Positions 63,418 to 64,000 of a stretch of DNA of 64,000 nt are shown here, piece after piece. Source of the stretch: Botryllus schlosseri (taxonomy: Eukaryota); the NCBI GenBank assembly GCA_051294905.1, contig CM119371.1:34474001-34538000 (forward strand). The letters run 5' to 3'. The first letter of the stretch is position 1, and each line of letters opens with the position of its first letter. Position numbers and translations under genes: made by a program. Below the pieces are notes generated by a model that was given only the letters and a program-made list of their open reading frames with translations, did no database searches and was not told the origin of the DNA.

Positions 63418-64000
63418 AGTGTACGTACACTGAAAGCGCAAGGTGTGTTTATTTATTATTATATTACGCGCATAACTACGCCAGACCGCAAATGTATGTT
63501 GGCGCGGAAACAGCTTAACAACCAGCTGTTATCCGTCATGTACGTGTACGGCTTCGTTCGATTTTTGCAAGCAGTGTGAAGTGTGAACAGAACCTCAGCT
63601 TCGCTTCTCTGTGCTTCTGCTTAGCTTAGCTTGAACACTACCCGATCATCGTATTACCGCTGGTGTTCTATTAGCATCACAGCGGTGCTTCAACTCAGAT
63701 ATGTGTATATAATTAGTTTAAGGGTCGTGGTAACGGAAGATTAGGGTTTGGGGTTAACCTCTGATCCTACGATACCCCTGCCGCAAACTATAATATCGAT
63801 CCTAAACTACAGTTATAGACTTTGAAATGTTCATGGGGAGCCCTGATTGGTGATGGTCGTGTTGTTGTGGATAAGAAAGTACATCACAGATTCGATGCGA
63901 GATTCGAGTAAAATATTATATTTTTTAAGGAAGATTTGGGCTTACGGATTGTAAAGTGAAGGAAGGTGTACCTGGTGTCACAGAATTATTCATTTTCGTG

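Noticed and set aside
63934..63954. ATT TGG GCT (IWA) as a possible SUDS3 last exon
   Set aside because: Stops after six codons; the exon at 44859-44951 fits the family far better.

Overview
Eukaryotic (metazoan) genomic DNA with spliceosomal GT-AG introns and no prokaryotic features; gene content and compact architecture suggest an invertebrate chordate such as an ascidian, but that is inference only. Five intact protein-coding genes, all on the + strand: an intronless UBE2D/Ubc4-class E2 (4608-5063), an intronless SEFIR adaptor resembling Act1/CIKS/TRAF3IP2 (30843-31757), intronless ARMC1 (33395-34279), a 7-exon SUDS3 (36691-44951) and an effector-less 14-finger C2H2 zinc-finger gene (48279-49502). 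A second E2 copy (18215-18670) has a lost ATG and one premature stop, yet its core is under apparently complete purifying selection. Most of the rest is transposon-derived: many non-autonomous 8-bp-TSD hAT-like families with distinct short subterminal repeats, often nested 2-3 deep; a Kolobok-like remnant (TTAA TSD); CACTA/EnSpm-like elements (2-bp TSD); two L2/CR1-group LINE copies; and a TATAG...CTATA family with 7-bp TSDs that ranges from 36-bp palindromes to a 4.6-kb decayed element with MULE-like transposase traces. The right third of the window is an old tandem segmental duplication (last SUDS3 exon, 3' UTR and ZNF upstream region) that predicts a second ZNF just beyond the window.
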